From the NCBI GenBank assembly GCA_023231475.1, contig JALJEE010002436.1, positions 124,001 to 188,000 of the forward strand: DNA of 64,000 bases. The letters run 5' to 3'. Positions within the stretch are counted from its first letter, which is position 1; each line of letters opens with the position of its first letter. The DNA is from Seison nebaliae (lineage: Eukaryota). The notes under the pieces are model-generated. The model was not told the DNA's origin, searched no databases, and saw nothing but the letters and a program-made list of their open reading frames with translations. The position numbers and the translations under genes are program-made. Of the stretch, positions 39,001 to 54,761 are shown piece after piece.

Positions 39001-42000
39001 GAACCACATAAGTAACGCATTCCTTCATAGTAACTGCTAAAAACAACAAGAAGCAATCACAGAAAGAAAAACATCTGAACAAATTCGACATTTTGTATTA
39101 TGTCCAATAACAAACTGAAACCACGAAATGAAGGCGGTTCACTTTCTGTTCGTGTGTTTGTGGATAACTGTCGAAGGAAGAACGTTATCTCCTGTACAAC
39201 TGTCCGATATTCGGTTGATTTGACTTAAGGAAGAGTTGTTGAACTTAATACAGAAGAAAATTGAAATGAGAAGACTCTTATCAGTTATTTGTGGAAAAAT
39301 ATATATATTCTTTGAAGTGAAGATTTATCGACACTTTCTCCCGTGCCGTCTGTTCGACGCCACCCAGATACAATTTCAAAGTTAGTCGTTTTTTTGTTGT
39401 TAGTAGTGAGATGAATAAGAAGAATGATAACAAACCTTCATAATTGTAATGAAAATCTTCCGATTATATTGTTTGGATGTTTGATTGGAAGGCAACATTG
39501 GATCGTTCATTGGAGTTGTGATGAAAATTAATGATCTGTCTATTTGTTCTAGGTGAATTAACTCGCTTTCCAACTGAGTAGCTCGACGACTTTATGACTG
39601 GTCGATTAGAAAGCGATTAAGCATTTGAAAAGAAATATTATCTATGATAATTGAATAAGAAATGATCGAATTAAGATGCAGTTGACAATCTTGAGAGAAG
39701 TACTTGAATGTTCTGATAAGAAATCAATATTCTCTAAATCAATCTCTCTTCGAGAGAGATCGATATGAGAGAGAGGATATGGTTTTTCTTTATGAACGTG
39801 TTACCTTCCTTCTCGATTTTCTTATTAAATTTAAAGATTGAATTAAGAAATAAATTTGTTCTCACTTTGTTATGATGAGGAGGAGGAAGAAGAATTGATA
39901 AAAGGAAACAAGAAAAGAATAAGAATTGTGAGATTACAACTTCCAGTTGAACAACTCTCGTTTGAATATCAAAGATTTGATGAAACTGCTTATTTGTTTT
40001 CCTACGTTTATCTTATAAGGAGAAATAACTATGAGCGCAAATAGAATGAATTCAACCGATGAATTTATTTGCACTTATTGGATGAAGGTGAGCGAACATG
40101 AAGAAACTATTTCTAATTGTCACAGATATGCCTCATAGACATTTTCATTGAGGCAACGAACTCATTATGAATAGAGTAACTCTTCCAAAACGTCTTAATG
40201 AAACAATTGTTTCAATTCCATAATACTATCCTAACAGAATTGGGAAACTTAATCCGTCAATTCTTCCTGGAGCGACTATCTCATTTCTTTCATTCTCGCA
40301 TCATTATTCGTGAGTTTGAGACTTAACGAATTAGAATGTTAATCGTTGAGGACGAATTATTCATAGTATCCAATACTCTCCCCCCAAAATACTCCCAAAT
40401 ACATCACCAAACAATACATTTAAGCGTTTGTTGTCCTAGGCGATTTTTGAAAAAAAACATCACAAAATTCGTGTTGTTTAATGAAATGTTGAAATGTGAT
40501 TGAAGAATGGACTAATTGTTTGGGCGAGAATTGGAGAAGAAGAGAAGAGAGGAAGCGTAAATCGGATGATGGTTGCGGCTTTCTTGCAAATACGCGTGTC
40601 TTTCTCACGATTTTCATTTTGCGGCGAAATTAATGATGAAATGATTCTACTATTCCTGCGAACGATTAACAGATCTACGATGATAATAATCTATAATGAG
40701 GTATGAAATGCGGAGAAATCTAATAAAGTCTTTTCGGTAATTATTTCCTATTTTTTTCGCTTCTTTCAACATAACCGTTCCAGAAGAAAGATAAACGAAT
40801 TAAATACTTCCTTAAATGAAGAAATAATGTCGGAGGGAATTGATAGATAATTTTCTTCATTTTTCTCCGAAAAACCGTTTTTCAAATTTCTAATATTTTC
40901 CATAAAAAAAACTAAAACATGAGAACGAAAACATGAAAGATTTCAACGAACATCAAATGGTGGAAATGCATCACGTTTCTAATGATGTTTTTATCTGTTC
41001 TGTTGTTTGGGAGACGAGAGCGTTGGGAAAGCAAATGAATCTCAAGTGCAAAATATATTTCGTGATGTTAATGCCATAACAAAATAAGTTTCTCGAACTA
41101 CTTCCCCTCATCCCTTTGACCACGTAAACTGAGACGCCGATGAGAGAATGATCAGTGAGAAGAAACAACCTTGTTTATTATTCGAACTTATCCCTCCAAT
41201 TTCAAAGGAACTTGAAAGGTAACAAATATCGAGTGTTTATGATGGAGCGTTTTGAGAATTAATTAAGAAAAATACTTCATTCGACTTTTCTTTTGCTCGA
41301 GTTGATGGATGGATTTTCGCACGCGAATTATCAAAAACAAATATCCATCAAATATTTCCCTCCTAATGAAATTGTTGCCGAAGGGACATATTTCGACGTT
41401 GCAGGATGGAGATATATCGTTAGAGTATATGTTGAAATGAGGTGGACCATCGGCTAAATTTCATGAGATAATCAATTAAGTGAAAAATTGTTTTGATAAA
41501 AGATTGACGAATATCAATATTGATAGAAAAAAAAATGAAAATAATGATAAAAAGAATTTAAAGGAATGGAAAGAATATGGTTTGGAAAATGGACAAACAA
41601 TTGGGAATAATGGTAATTAGGTAGAGATTAGTTTCATTTTTCTAATTCAATAAATTACATATAAATCTGATGAAGCATTCATGAAGAGGTTGGAATTCTC
41701 ATATCAATTTTAGTATTATTCCATCCTTTTACCTTTGTTTAATTTAGTGAAATATTTATATTTATTCCTTATAATTGCCAAGAGAGAATGCCAGATATGA
41801 ATTTCCCCCAAATTCTGAGTTGGCATCTGTTATATTTCTCAAGAGGTTTAGTCCTCCTCCATTGTCCCTTGAAACTTAGACATGTGTCAATTAAAAGATT
41901 CATTTTTAAATCCTTCAAGATTTACTGGTAATCAAATTTCGTGAGATATTCATTCCAATAGACAGATTCCAGAAATTGTTAATGGATTTATTTCGTTTTT

Positions 42001-45000
42001 CTCTCGAATCATTTTCATATTTCGAAGTTTTAAGATTCAAATGAGAGAAGAAGTTTATGTCAATCGAATGGAAGAAAATCAGATTTGTTTCATTTGCAGA
42101 ACATTTCAAAAAATTCAAATATTAGAACTTCAATTTAACTCTTTTATTTTAGAACCTAAATTCAGTTTGCTGTTTAAAATACAGTTACGGAACTTTACAG
42201 GTTTGTTGATATTATTAATTTGAATTTAGAATAAGCTAAAACTAAATCTAAATCATCTAACAATAATTCTATATTATCTTCGATTATTTTATCAGGGTTA
42301 TATTTATTACTGATGAAGGAAGAACATAAAACGATTAACAAATTTTGCATCATCCAATATGTCTTGGAGAATTGAATGAACTTACAACCTAATGGATTCG
42401 TGTTGAAGGAAGATGTTAGAGGAAATTTAACCTAATTTAGCATTAAAATTAATTTTCGTCGACTGTCCAAACAAATACTGGAGACGCATTGGATAATTGT
42501 GTCTTAGAACATCGCATAAATAATTATAATTGATTCGGAAATTATCGAGTAATTCCAATGATTCATTTCTTCTGGGAAATGACTTTGTTGGATTCCATTT
42601 CGGCATTCTCATCGACCACATCAAGAAGTGGAGAAATGTTTGGAATATTATTGTTGATGGAGACAAACGAATTAATAGGAATACAGCACATTTCTTTAAT
42701 GAGGATTGATATGTTCGAATTGATTTCATTTCATTGGAATTGACCTCGAATTCAAGAGAATTTGTTTTGTTTGTTCATTTTTTTGGGAATTTTCTAAACT
42801 TCGTTCAATGTGAAACCAAACGACGAGAACGATATTTGTAAGTACTATCAAAAGCGTAATAAAAACATTATTAGAATTCCAATTGAATTGCCTGTTTCCC
42901 TAAAATAATTATGATGAAAATTAAATTGAAGAAATTAATTGTTCTCTCATGGAATACTTTTTCGCTGAGTAGTTGGCACTCGAATGAACAAGAAACAATT
43001 CCATCACTCTCACAGAGAATGGCCAAAAAAAATTCTTTTTTATTTAAATTCTTGAATTCACTTTTGGGAATTTGTTTATGTTAAACAGTTTTAGAAATCA
43101 ATTTCCGCATGGACATTCGGACCCATAATTTCTACTGAACTATTTTCAAGAATACTTTCGATCTATTCTTCTTTCCACTTTAAATTCCGCTTTTTTCCAG
43201 AATGTACTTAATAGTTTAATTTTATAATAATTTCATTTCTTTTTCTACAATTTTCACAAATTTTTCAGATTCAATTATCAATGGAATTCAATAGTATCAG
43301 AAAGAGAGTAGTGCTAATGTATTATGGAATAATAAAAATTTTCTTTTTCATCACAAACGATAATTGATTATACAATCATGAGATTGATATCCTTTAAACC
43401 TTGTATAAATAAGGAAGAGTTCGGGTCAAATTATTTGGTGAATTAAACAGTTTATGGAACTATCGTTTTGAGATCCATCTACTATTCGATTTGTCAGAAA
43501 GTTTTTAAGAGATGCTGAAACTTTATTTCGTTAGTTGACATTCTGAGAATTCAGCTGATGATTAATCTGATTTATGTTCATATAATTCTTATTATTCTCT
43601 CGTTGGATTACGGACAGGTCATTCGAAGAAGTATTCATAAGATTTATTTTCTAATTGTTCAATATTAATGAAGTTCCCATTAGGAAACTGTCATTTATTC
43701 AACATCATTCATATCTTCTCCCAATTGCTTATTAGTTTCACATAAGATTAAACAGCAATCAACCTACATATGTGCCAAAATGATTCATTTAGAAGTTTTT
43801 TGTTGTTGCATTGAATTGGGAGAGATACAATAGGAAAATATTCGGGGGAAAAAGGAGAAATAGAATCTATCCATACGAAATTATAAGCGGAATGGAATTC
43901 TTATGTTATATGTATTTTTGCACAAGTGTATATCGTCCTTGAGCGTATCAGGGAGGCAGGGGCGGAGGAGCGATACCCTATTCGTTCGTCCTATCCAAAG
44001 TCTTTATATAATTTGCGTTTACTATGAATATCAGATAATGTTCTTCCTGACTTCTTACAGGAAAGAATGATGAATTTACATTAAAAATAATGAAACGATT
44101 TCTCCTTTTCCACTACAAGTTCATGATAGCGGTAAGTATATCATCGACTGAATTACCATTCATCATACAACAACTCCCCATCAACATTATCATTAAACTG
44201 TTCAATTCATATTAGTAACAGGTTGCGTATAAATCCGTTCTTTTCTTTAATACCAATCAACACACCAGAGTGGACAGATTGCCAATTTGTAGTTGTATCG
44301 AATCAAGTCAAATATCTCCTCATCAGTCGAGTGAAAATAGAACGGTCATATTCGACTGACTGAACTTTCGTATTGTGAAATGAAATGTCTCGTCGAGAAG
44401 AAGCATTCTAATGAGTCATTTAAGAAAGAAAGAAAGAAAGAAAGAAATAAGTTTCCTTCTCCAATATCAATCCAAAATTCTTTATAGTTCTAGTACTTCT
44501 CCTGCTAGAGTTGAAAGAACGGAAATCTCGACAGAAAATTGTGAATTCTGTACAATTATTCGATTTGGAGATGTTGTTAGTAAATGAGAAAAGAATGAAA
44601 ATCAAATTCATAATTCTTATCACTATGTTAATTTGAGTGAGAGAAGTTCTTTTTTTGTTTTTTCGAGAAACAAAGTCTTTTGAGAACAATAATTCCTGAG
44701 ATTCGTCGGAAAGTAGTTTATTCTCCTCTCAAATCAAATCTAGAACATCTAAATATTTATCGAATGATGTTAGTCGATACCATATGGTAAATGATCATTC
44801 GTTTGAAGGAATTATGATAGTTCTCCTTTTCTTTTTATTCATTTCCTTATTAATCTAATGCTTTTCTAACGATGGTTCTAATTATGGAATGAAAGATACA
44901 ACTCGTAATGTTAAAGGAAGATTGCTTTAGATGGAATGGGGAGAGATGAGTAGAGAGTTGGAGGGAAGATTGATATGTAAAAGAAGAAAAATTAGAGGCA

Positions 45001-48000
45001 CAATATGCAAATAATAGAGATTGGACCGAAGTTTAATTTGGGATTAATATGAAAAAAATGAAAATGTTTTGAAAACGGAAAAATCTTCAAATTTCCCAAT
45101 GTATGGATCGATTAACATTGGCTGGTCTCTCCTTTACTACTACTCTAACAAGTTAATGTAAAAACCTGTTTTTGATCATTTTTCCGTGAAACGCATAAAA
45201 TTTCCTTTGCCATGTAACGTTATGGGAGGGGATGTTGAGGCACTCTTCCCAAGTGGGAAATTAGAGTTTTTTCTTCAAATCTCCCGACCAATTCATAAAA
45301 ATTTTATTAATCTATAATTCAGCTGGATGAATTATCAATAAAATTTGCATTCATTTCGCCTCTTCGGTAGGTTCGGTAAATTGTTCGTTCGTTCGTTCTC
45401 ACTCTCAATTTAGTTGATCCATTTATTGCTATCTATCCATCTGACATGCATATGTTCGCTGTTTGATTGAGAAAGGAATTAACTAATTGGGAAATCACAT
45501 ATTCGAAAATTATATAGAAACAATTCTTGTGTTCGATGTTTGGGAAGAATGGGAATATTGAGCGGAATTGAAATGAGTTGAATTGATGCCGAAATTACTT
45601 TCGTAGATCAATCCGTCAATATGATTTACTTCAGTGCTGTATTTTTGGACTGGGTAAATGGTATTGGATTCATTTGGATTGCTATTCATGATTGTGAGGT
45701 GATTACATCAGTCTCTGCATCGTTTAATTATAAATTCAAGCAAATCATAAATTTTTGTAACTGAACGTTATCTATAATGAAAATCACGTCTAATTGCTTA
45801 ATCTGCTTACAATTTATCACTTCCGGCTGAAAGAAAATCAGTAAGAGAAGCATAGTCAAGGATATTCTCAGTATGTGTAAATTATTTGATCGTCTACCTT
45901 CGAATTTACCATTGCAAGTCTTCTTCCATCCTAGTCTTTTTATTTTTCTCCAAATAAATGTTTATGGGAAAACACTTAAGAGCAGAAGGGAATTAGGAAA
46001 CAAAAAGAAAGATCTTTTCTTCTTTCTCAATACAAACTGGAGGTTCCCCTCAACCCCTTATTGTTTATTTCGGCTAATAATTATTATAATTTCTTTCTAA
46101 TCATTCTATTAAGTTGACGGTAGCAATAAGGAGATTGATTATGGTTAATAGTATCTCGCTAATCGATTACATTGACTCATCGATCAATTAAACTTCATTA
46201 ATGACTATTAATAGCAATATTATCTTGTCAGAATGGTGGAGGCAAGTTTAACATCGTGCACTTCTTTCATTATCCGCTTTATCAGTTTTTTTTCTTTCGG
46301 ACATACAACTCCAACATGAATCATCTCTCTCAAGATTCATTGTCAAAATAATTAATTGGGATTCTCCTTCTAATTCCTAGTAAAATGGAATAAATGATGG
46401 TTTTTTATGATCATCATTCCAAACGAAAGATAATATATTAGGGAATATTATCCAAAGTTTAGATATGAGAATAGAATTTGATTAGTAATGGAGATTGTTC
46501 GATGGATATTGAGGAATATGAGCAGAAAAGAATCGGCTGAACATTATTCGAACAATTCTTCGTCCTAATAGTTTATATTTGTAGCGTTGAACGGTAAGGA
46601 AGGGTAGATGGGAGCAGCTTATGTAGTTGGTTGTTTCGTGCCGAACTCCACCAGAGAATAATGATATGGAGAGGAAGGAATTGAGTTACAATGTATTGGG
46701 AGGAGAAATTAACAAAATTGGACTATTATTTCATAGGAACAATCAGAAGACATATTCATTTCATACGATGACGATGTGTAGTACATTAGAGAATGTGTAT
46801 TTGCGCAATATCAATAATGATAAATCGTTTTATTTAATTTATAATGGAAATCGATTGTTGTATATGCGTTCATGTATCTATCTGCCATTGGACATATTGT
46901 AACGGAATTAAATTGTATCTTCTCCTCGTCAATTCCGTCGGAGCTAATGATAATAAACAAGTGATATGGGTTCATAAAGATATCGATCGGTTATAGAATT
47001 CCTAATATTATATTAGGTCGATTGGAATTAGACACGGAACATAAATGAATGTTTACAAATACGTTAGAATGACAAGAAGACTAGTTGGTTGTGTGCTGTG
47101 CAGTGGCGATATGTGTTGGTAAATAATTGGAACTTGTTGCCACATATGAATTGTGCAGTATTGGTGCAATGTGAGTGTGGTGGAGTGGAATAGGGTCGTG
47201 TGTAAATCTTGAGATATGCACACTTTCATAATTTCCCTGAATAAGAATGTGTAGACATGAGGAGATGATGAAGCGTGGAATGATGAAGGAAAGGAAAATA
47301 ATTTCTCCTCTATCTTCTCCCACAATCATATCAGAATGTGTCTGTGTGTGTAATGGGGCATGAGTGTGTCAGTGAAATAATACGATGTAAGGAAGATACG
47401 GTGACATGAGCGCATGGCTGGAACAATTATTATTTGTAGTAGGGAAGGAATGATTGTTGTGCTGAATTGGAGGGAGCTCTCTGTCCAGAACTCCATCTCC
47501 GATGATTGATGAGGGCAACCGTTTCTCGCACTTTTCCTTTAACTTCATATTGATACATGTGTTAAAAGAATGAATTGTGAAAGACGAATGGAAAAGAACA
47601 ACTAATAGAATAGAAGCAGGAAAGAAATACACTTGTATAAATATATCTGTTATAATGATTGCATGCGACTGGAGAATGGGAACAAAAAGAAAGGAGGGTA
47701 TTCTTCGGTGATACACTCTTATTTCTTCATCCTGCCATATCTCCATGATCAGTTCACTTCGCTTACTTCGTTAATAATAGGAAAATAATTGGTGTATTAT
47801 AGGAGAGATTGGTAGGAGATATCCTTTTGACGGAATGGTGCGAAGAAGACGACGATGAATGAAGGTTGAAGTTTGAGATATCTTCCTGATACTTGTTCTT
47901 ATGGATGCAATTGAACATGCATGAGAACTATCGTCCGAAGAGAATAGGATGAAAATTAATAATATTTAATGGCAATGTTGAGGAGGAATGAACGAATTGA

Positions 48001-51000
48001 AATTTATGCAAAATGAATTTCCAATTTATCATCATTCTCCATCATTCCTCACCATTTCTCACCATTCCTCCGCCGCTCGTTCACGACACAAAGACGGGAA
48101 GGATGAATTCAAGACGACGGATAGATAGTTTGTATTAATTATTTTCAATCAATATTGCATTAATCTACATATGCAAATAAGTCAATCGAATTTAAGTAGC
48201 TACCACTTTAATATAACACAAACGCAGGAATTCATTCATCGGAATGTGGAGATACATAATTTCTATTCTGAAAATTATACTAATTAGATGTAGTCTATTC
48301 TTTATTCTTTCCTTCGTTCTTATTTGCTCTTCCTCATCCTCGTCATGTCTTCGAGGTGTTCCATTCCTTCCCATTCATTCCTTTTATGCCCAACATCTGC
48401 TACTGCAGTTCCTCTCCCCCCGCATTGCTCGAGTGTGCCACTATCTTAACTTCTTCCCATACGCACATACACACACACACGTCTTGTGCAGTAGTCGGGA
48501 ATGCTTCTCCTCAACTGAACAACAAAATGAAGAAGTATTTGTATATTCCTCATGAGTAGATATGATATTCATGTGTAAACGAACAAATATTATCACATTG
48601 GACTGTTGCTGATGCACTTGGAGAAGTATTCATAATTTACTCCAAACTCCTACACCGTCCACCTTGACATGTTAACACTGATTCCATCCCTATCTAATTC
48701 CATTCGTTATTGTTGTGTAATCTTATCGTTCTTGTTATATCCTCCATTCCTCTCCATCTATTACATCTCCAATCCTGTCCATGCATCCGACACATGGCTA
48801 ATTTTGGATATTTAATGAATTAATTAATTCATCAATAATTCCGAATTTACTTCATATCATCGTCCAATTTCCTCCTTCATCTCCGTCATCCAAGAGAATT
48901 AACCTGAAATTAATAAAGTCTTCGCTCCTCAACCAAAATATGATAACTTCATGGAAAATCGACAAAATTCCTTTAGGTAAATTTCTTTATGTTAATCATC
49001 ACAATCAAGATGTTGATGATGATGATGGTGAAAATGAAGACGAGCGATCTGATGAAGATAAATCTCACATTCAATCAAGTCATGTCAAATGGACGAAGCG
49101 CTTCTAGTTCGTCATAATCGTTTGTTAATTTTCTTCCAATAACAATATTCCATCGTCGAATGATTCTAATCCAATTTATCATTAATTGAAATTTATTTCC
49201 ATTAATTCCTTAATGTGCCCATATATATGTTGTCATCGTTGCCTGATAACATTAGAATATCAGTCAATGCAATACGTCTTCACGTACTTTGATTATTGGA
49301 TGAGAAGATAATGTATTCCATTCTTCCTTCGACTTCCTTTATTACTTTCCAATTTTCTCCTTTCCAATATTCTGACATCGGTCTTGAATAATTAGATTTA
49401 GTTGCGGTGTATTTCCTTCCCAGCCTCTTAGTGCGAGACACCGATTAAGGAAATTCCAGCGTCATTATTCTTCTTATTAATTTTCTGTATCCGTTTCACT
49501 TATACAATGCAAAGCTTACTAAAAATTTTTGGTAGAACAACCGTCCTCCTTTCCATCTCAGCTACCAGTCGTGTAAGTGTTTCTCATTTTAAATGTTAGA
49601 GTAAGTTTAGTTGATGAAGGAACTATATACGATTTCGAGAATCCAATCAATATTTCTTCGAATAACTTTATAAGAATTCTAAGTTAACTTACTCACGGTA
49701 GATTCAAGTGCGTCACAATTGATGGAAATTCGAGACTGATGTTTGGAATGTCTGGAATTGAACAGACGAGAAAGTTTCACTGACAAATTTCTCAGTAGTC
49801 GGGTCATTGTCGGCTGATGTAGACTGATGAATAATGATGGGAAAAGTCGGTAGGTTTCATGTTTCTACAAATAAATATCGATCAACAAAAACGTATGATT
49901 GTGTAAAGATTATACGGAATTTTCACATATGAAAGAGCTAATATATAAATATGTTATATATATATGTTTGTGTGTGTATGTGTGTGTGTATATGGTGTGC
50001 TAGAGATGTGTGCAGATATTCTTCTTGAATATCGTTCAATATTGTTTCTGTTTCCTCTAACACAATCGACCGCTATATAAATATACAAAAAATCAATTTA
50101 GTTCGTTTGGAAGGAGAATAAATGGAAGAAAGAATAAATTGTTTTAAATATTCGTTTAATATAATAAATATTTCCGATAGATACAATTCTTTCATAATCA
50201 CTTCATGTAATCATTATCAATATGAATAATTTAGTTGCACACTGCTCCTTTAAAGGAATGAGGAGACATAAATAGTCGATTGGAAACTCCATCTGACAAT
50301 GGAAGTTTTCGCGGAAGCGATAGTTTAATTCGTTCAATTCACTAATTCTCCTCTCATTCGTATGAGTGAAAATGTTGTTAAACACAACATTTAAGTTGGG
50401 AGGAATTGATAGATGGAATGACAACAATCTTACCTATCGAGATGACGGAGGGGGAGGGGGGAGGATGTTGAATAATTTTATTTAATTAATATGAGAAATA
50501 TGGAGCACATCATAATTAATTTCCATAATTCAATCTCATTATTTGTATCAGATGTGGAGACATATAAATTGTGTCTTTTTTCAGAATGTGTATGTTCAGT
50601 AAGATGTTATTTCCAATATCGAGCACGTTCTCCGATCTTCTCTTCATTTATTTCTCACTGAAAATGATATCTCTTTATGGTTAATGTAATTGATCTCTTA
50701 ATCTGTCGGAGTTTGGGCAAGCTTTTGTTTTTAGGGGTGATGGAGGGGAGGGATAGTGTGGATGGAAGGAATTTCACAAGTTTCCGAAAGGAGACTCGAT
50801 AGATCAACGAGAATATGTTTTGTATATTAATCACATGTGATTAGACGGCTTCGTTGCGACTGGTGAGTGAATTGAATGATCTTTCGGAATTTGTTTAAGT
50901 GACTGTACTATATTCCGTTAGCTTTCCCATTAATCTGTCCATATCAGTAATCAGGTTATAATTATTATGTAACCTTCTGATTGGTTTCTCTTGGAGGAAT

Positions 51001-51195
51001 AGGAAGGAGGAGAAATAACTATCATTTTATTCATCCATGTTTTTCCATGATTAATTACTTTCATCATTCGCACTATACGATTATGATAATCTAATTAAAT
51101 GCTGCACATCTACTTAATTGAAAAGATTGGATATATTATCATCACAACGTCTTCTTCTTCTTGTTTGTTGAAGTAGATTTTGTAAATATTAAACG

Positions 51196-51218
51196 ATATA
51201 TATATATATATATATATA
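51196..51218. repeat. (AT)n microsatellite just upstream of the predicted start of the TH1 gene
   Basis: Read directly from sequence. Confidence 0.9.
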
Positions 51219-51268
51219 GGGAGAGATTCGATAAATGAGTTCGTTCATCACTTAGATGAATATTGCAA

Positions 51269-54200
51269 ATGCCGTTCGTCGATAACGGCGACAAGATGCC
51301 GACGAAATGTAAACAACGCTCTTCTTCCAGGAGACGTAGATCTCCTTACATGTTTATGTTTCATATCGACGAATTCCACAGAAAGTTCTTTTTTGCTTTT
51401 CCCTAATTCAGTCTAATTAATTCTGATGTTGAAGGTATCATCGAATTACGGATGAGAAATGGCCAAAGTCAGTTTGCAGTAAGCGACAGATGTGTCGACT
51501 ACTCCTCTCGTCTATCCTCACACACTTGTTACAAAGGAGAACGTTGGGTGATGTGCAGAATGATGAGGTGAAGCACCAATTCATTAAGGATGATGAGGAA
51601 GAGAATGCCGAATTGAGATATGCTGATTCTTCAAGCTTATCATCAAGTTTGGAAAGTAGCGAATTGATGCATTGTATGAAAGGAGAACGCTTGAATGAGA
51701 TAAATCAATTTCTCCAATTAGACGATGGAACGAAAGAAAGTCAGACATATAATAAGTACTCACATCAGCATTATCATCAACTTCCACATCATTATCATCA
51801 ACAACAACCTCAGGGAAGGAGGAAAGAAGAAATACAACCGATGAGGCAATCATCTTCTTATTTGCATCAGATGCAAAGACAACAGACACCGTCAGATATT
51901 GAAGTAAGGAAGAAAAAGCGGACGCAATTATATAATCGTAACTCAATGATACAATTAGGTGAACATAACCTTGACATGGGAACGAAAGAAGAACGTCTCT
52001 CCTCAAACATCCAGAACGATTCTTTACCAAATTCTAATCTCTCAACCGCAACTTCGTTGGCACACTCACCCATCGAAAGAAAGGTGACGGAAAAAAGTTA
52101 TACATCCATCTTATCTTCAAACGCACTCGCCAACTCATCCAAAGCAATTCCAACAATTGATCATCATCAGAATAACAAGGACAAAGTGTACATGTATCTC
52201 CATGAATCGACTTCATCAAAAAATTTTCATAAATTCAAACGGAGCAATTCATATTCATCCGTCGATCCGTCACTCATATCATCATCCGCCTCATCAACAA
52301 CGTCGACACTCTCTTCATTGAGATCGTCGTCCTTATCCTTACTGTCATTAGAGAAGAAGTTTAAGAAGAATCCTCAAAACCATAAAAACGGAAATTCGAA
52401 AATTTTCAAAAGTAAATGTAAAAATGAGTTTGTGGATTTGGAGAAGAAATCCATTTCATTACCTCGTCATTTTCAACGCGATTTCCGAACTATACTATTC
52501 TCAAATCAAGATGACCTAACTAACATTTATCCGGAGAATGATCATATGATCATTCCTGATGGTAATCATTATTATTATGTATCGAAATCGCGCGTGCATA
52601 TTTATGATCCCGAAATGATTCGTTGTCTCGATTCATGGTTATTAGCAACCCATGAAAATACATTTTTGAATTATCATGATATGACCATTCGAGCACCTTC
52701 ATCAACAAGAACAACAACAACAACAACAACAAGTCATCATCCTCCAAATTCTTATTTCTCCCAACAACAACAATTGAGAGAACGTTTGGAACAAGAGAAA
52801 TTTGAATATTTCCACAAACAACAACAAAACCCAAAACATCAGGAAAATTATTTATTGATTCCATCAACTCAAATATGGCACCATCATCATCGGTTCCATT
52901 TCAATCCGAAAGAGACGATATCTCAATTCGAAAATAATACGAGTGTATCTTCTGCAACTACAAATTTTCCATCTTCTTTCGAAACGACAATCGATTCGAC
53001 GAGAAGTCGAAACGTCTCATCATCGGTGCAATTGAGTGAGCAGAATAAGTCGGTGATACAGGAACAAATTAATAATGAGAATCATCCAAAAAAGATAGAA
53101 TATGTTGATCGATCCAACATCGTTAACTTATCCACATCAACGCTTTTCTCCCCTTCACTTTATGAGGAGAATGTAATTAATATGAATGAAGAATTAATGT
53201 GGCAAACTTCTCCAGATGAATCCAAACAGGTAATTGATACGATAGCCAAATCAATTTTATCTACCACTTCATCATCCGAATTTAATGTTCCAACAACCAT
53301 TTCATCAACTGTCGTCACTTCATTATCTTCCTTCTCATTATCCACACCGTTATGCGTAAATACGCCATCATATCAATATTGTAACGAAGGAGAATTAATG
53401 AAGAAAATTCCTGATAAAAAACCGTTTCTGGTATCGAGTGATCTCACCCAATACTCTTCTCCTCTCGCTCCAATAACACCGTCGAAATTGTCGAATGAAG
53501 AATGTCCAATCTTATTGAACTCTAATGTTCCCATTGCAACAAATCCCCAAATAACAACAATAACAACAACAACAAATTCAAAATCCTTAATTGCTGTACC
53601 AACTTCCACCACCATCATGACAATTTCACCAGAACAAACATCACTCAAATCGAATATTTCACGTCCTACAAAAATGTCTTCCAATCAAAAATTGCCAATT
53701 GAAACTTGTTCAATTACTTCTTCCGGTGCTACTAAATTGATTAGGGATGACATGTCAAGTCATCAGGCCGGAAAACGGACAAATATGACCAATATCGAAA
53801 TGTTTCAGAATGACACGCCACCATTTAATGTTTGCATTGCAGCCACTACAATTCGATCAATCGATGTTCCGATATTGGTCAGTAATGATCATCCGTCGAA
53901 ACAATCGTATTATTTTCCTTCAACTACCACCATGGTGAGTACGCATATACAACCGATAATGGCAACGATAAGAAGTAATTATTCTCAAGCTGAATCTTCA
54001 GATCAGCAGCAATTGGACAAACCTGTTAAGCATGTTCGATTAACATCAGACGAGCCAATCTCTCCATATTATCCAACTCATCATCATAATCCAGATAAAG
54101 TGATATTACACGAACATTTCAACACACCTTTACGACGGAAATATGAAGAACATCAGGAACAACAATTTCATAAGCAAAATTTAATTTTCGACAAAGAAAG

Positions 54201-54727
54201 AAAATCACATCAACCATATCCTTCCACCAAATTTCATGAACAAGATAAACATGCTAATCGTCGAATTAAACAGCCATTCGATCGTCGACGACATTCGTCA
54301 ACCGAAAGTGTTTTCGATGTGATTCATCAAAAATTGTTATCCGGTCCAACAGCATATATGCAAGCGATACATGATAATCGAGTTGATGGTATTATCGATG
54401 AACGAAGAAGAAAACATCAAACCCCACCACATCAATATCATTATACTCAATATCAGCCTCCGCACCATCAGCCATCCGAATATGCATATTCCAGGAATTT
54501 CAATTTGAATAAAATTGAGAATGACATAGATAATGCCGATGAATATAGTTCGTCCTTATTTGACGACGATCAAATGCCAGAATTATTCCGTACGATAAAC
54601 AAATTCCGCAATTCTCATAATGACAAAATTAGTTATCAGAAGAAAATTGATAAATATGAAATTCCTCCCAATTTTTATCGACAACCGTCACCTTTCCGAC
54701 AAACCATGCATCCTGATCCATATTTCC

Positions 54728-54761
<34 letters not shown>

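Noticed and set aside
41788..41827. Imperfect hairpin ATGCCAGATATGAATTT-loop-AATTCTGAGTTGGCAT
   Set aside because: Too short and mismatched for a pre-miRNA or transposon terminal repeat; single copy seen.
44100..44140. ATACTTACC on the minus strand (U1 snRNA 5' end), also readable as a 12-nt microexon with G|GTAAGT on the plus strand
   Set aside because: No U1 stem-loops or Sm site follow, no host gene is evident, and a few such matches are expected by chance in 64 kb.
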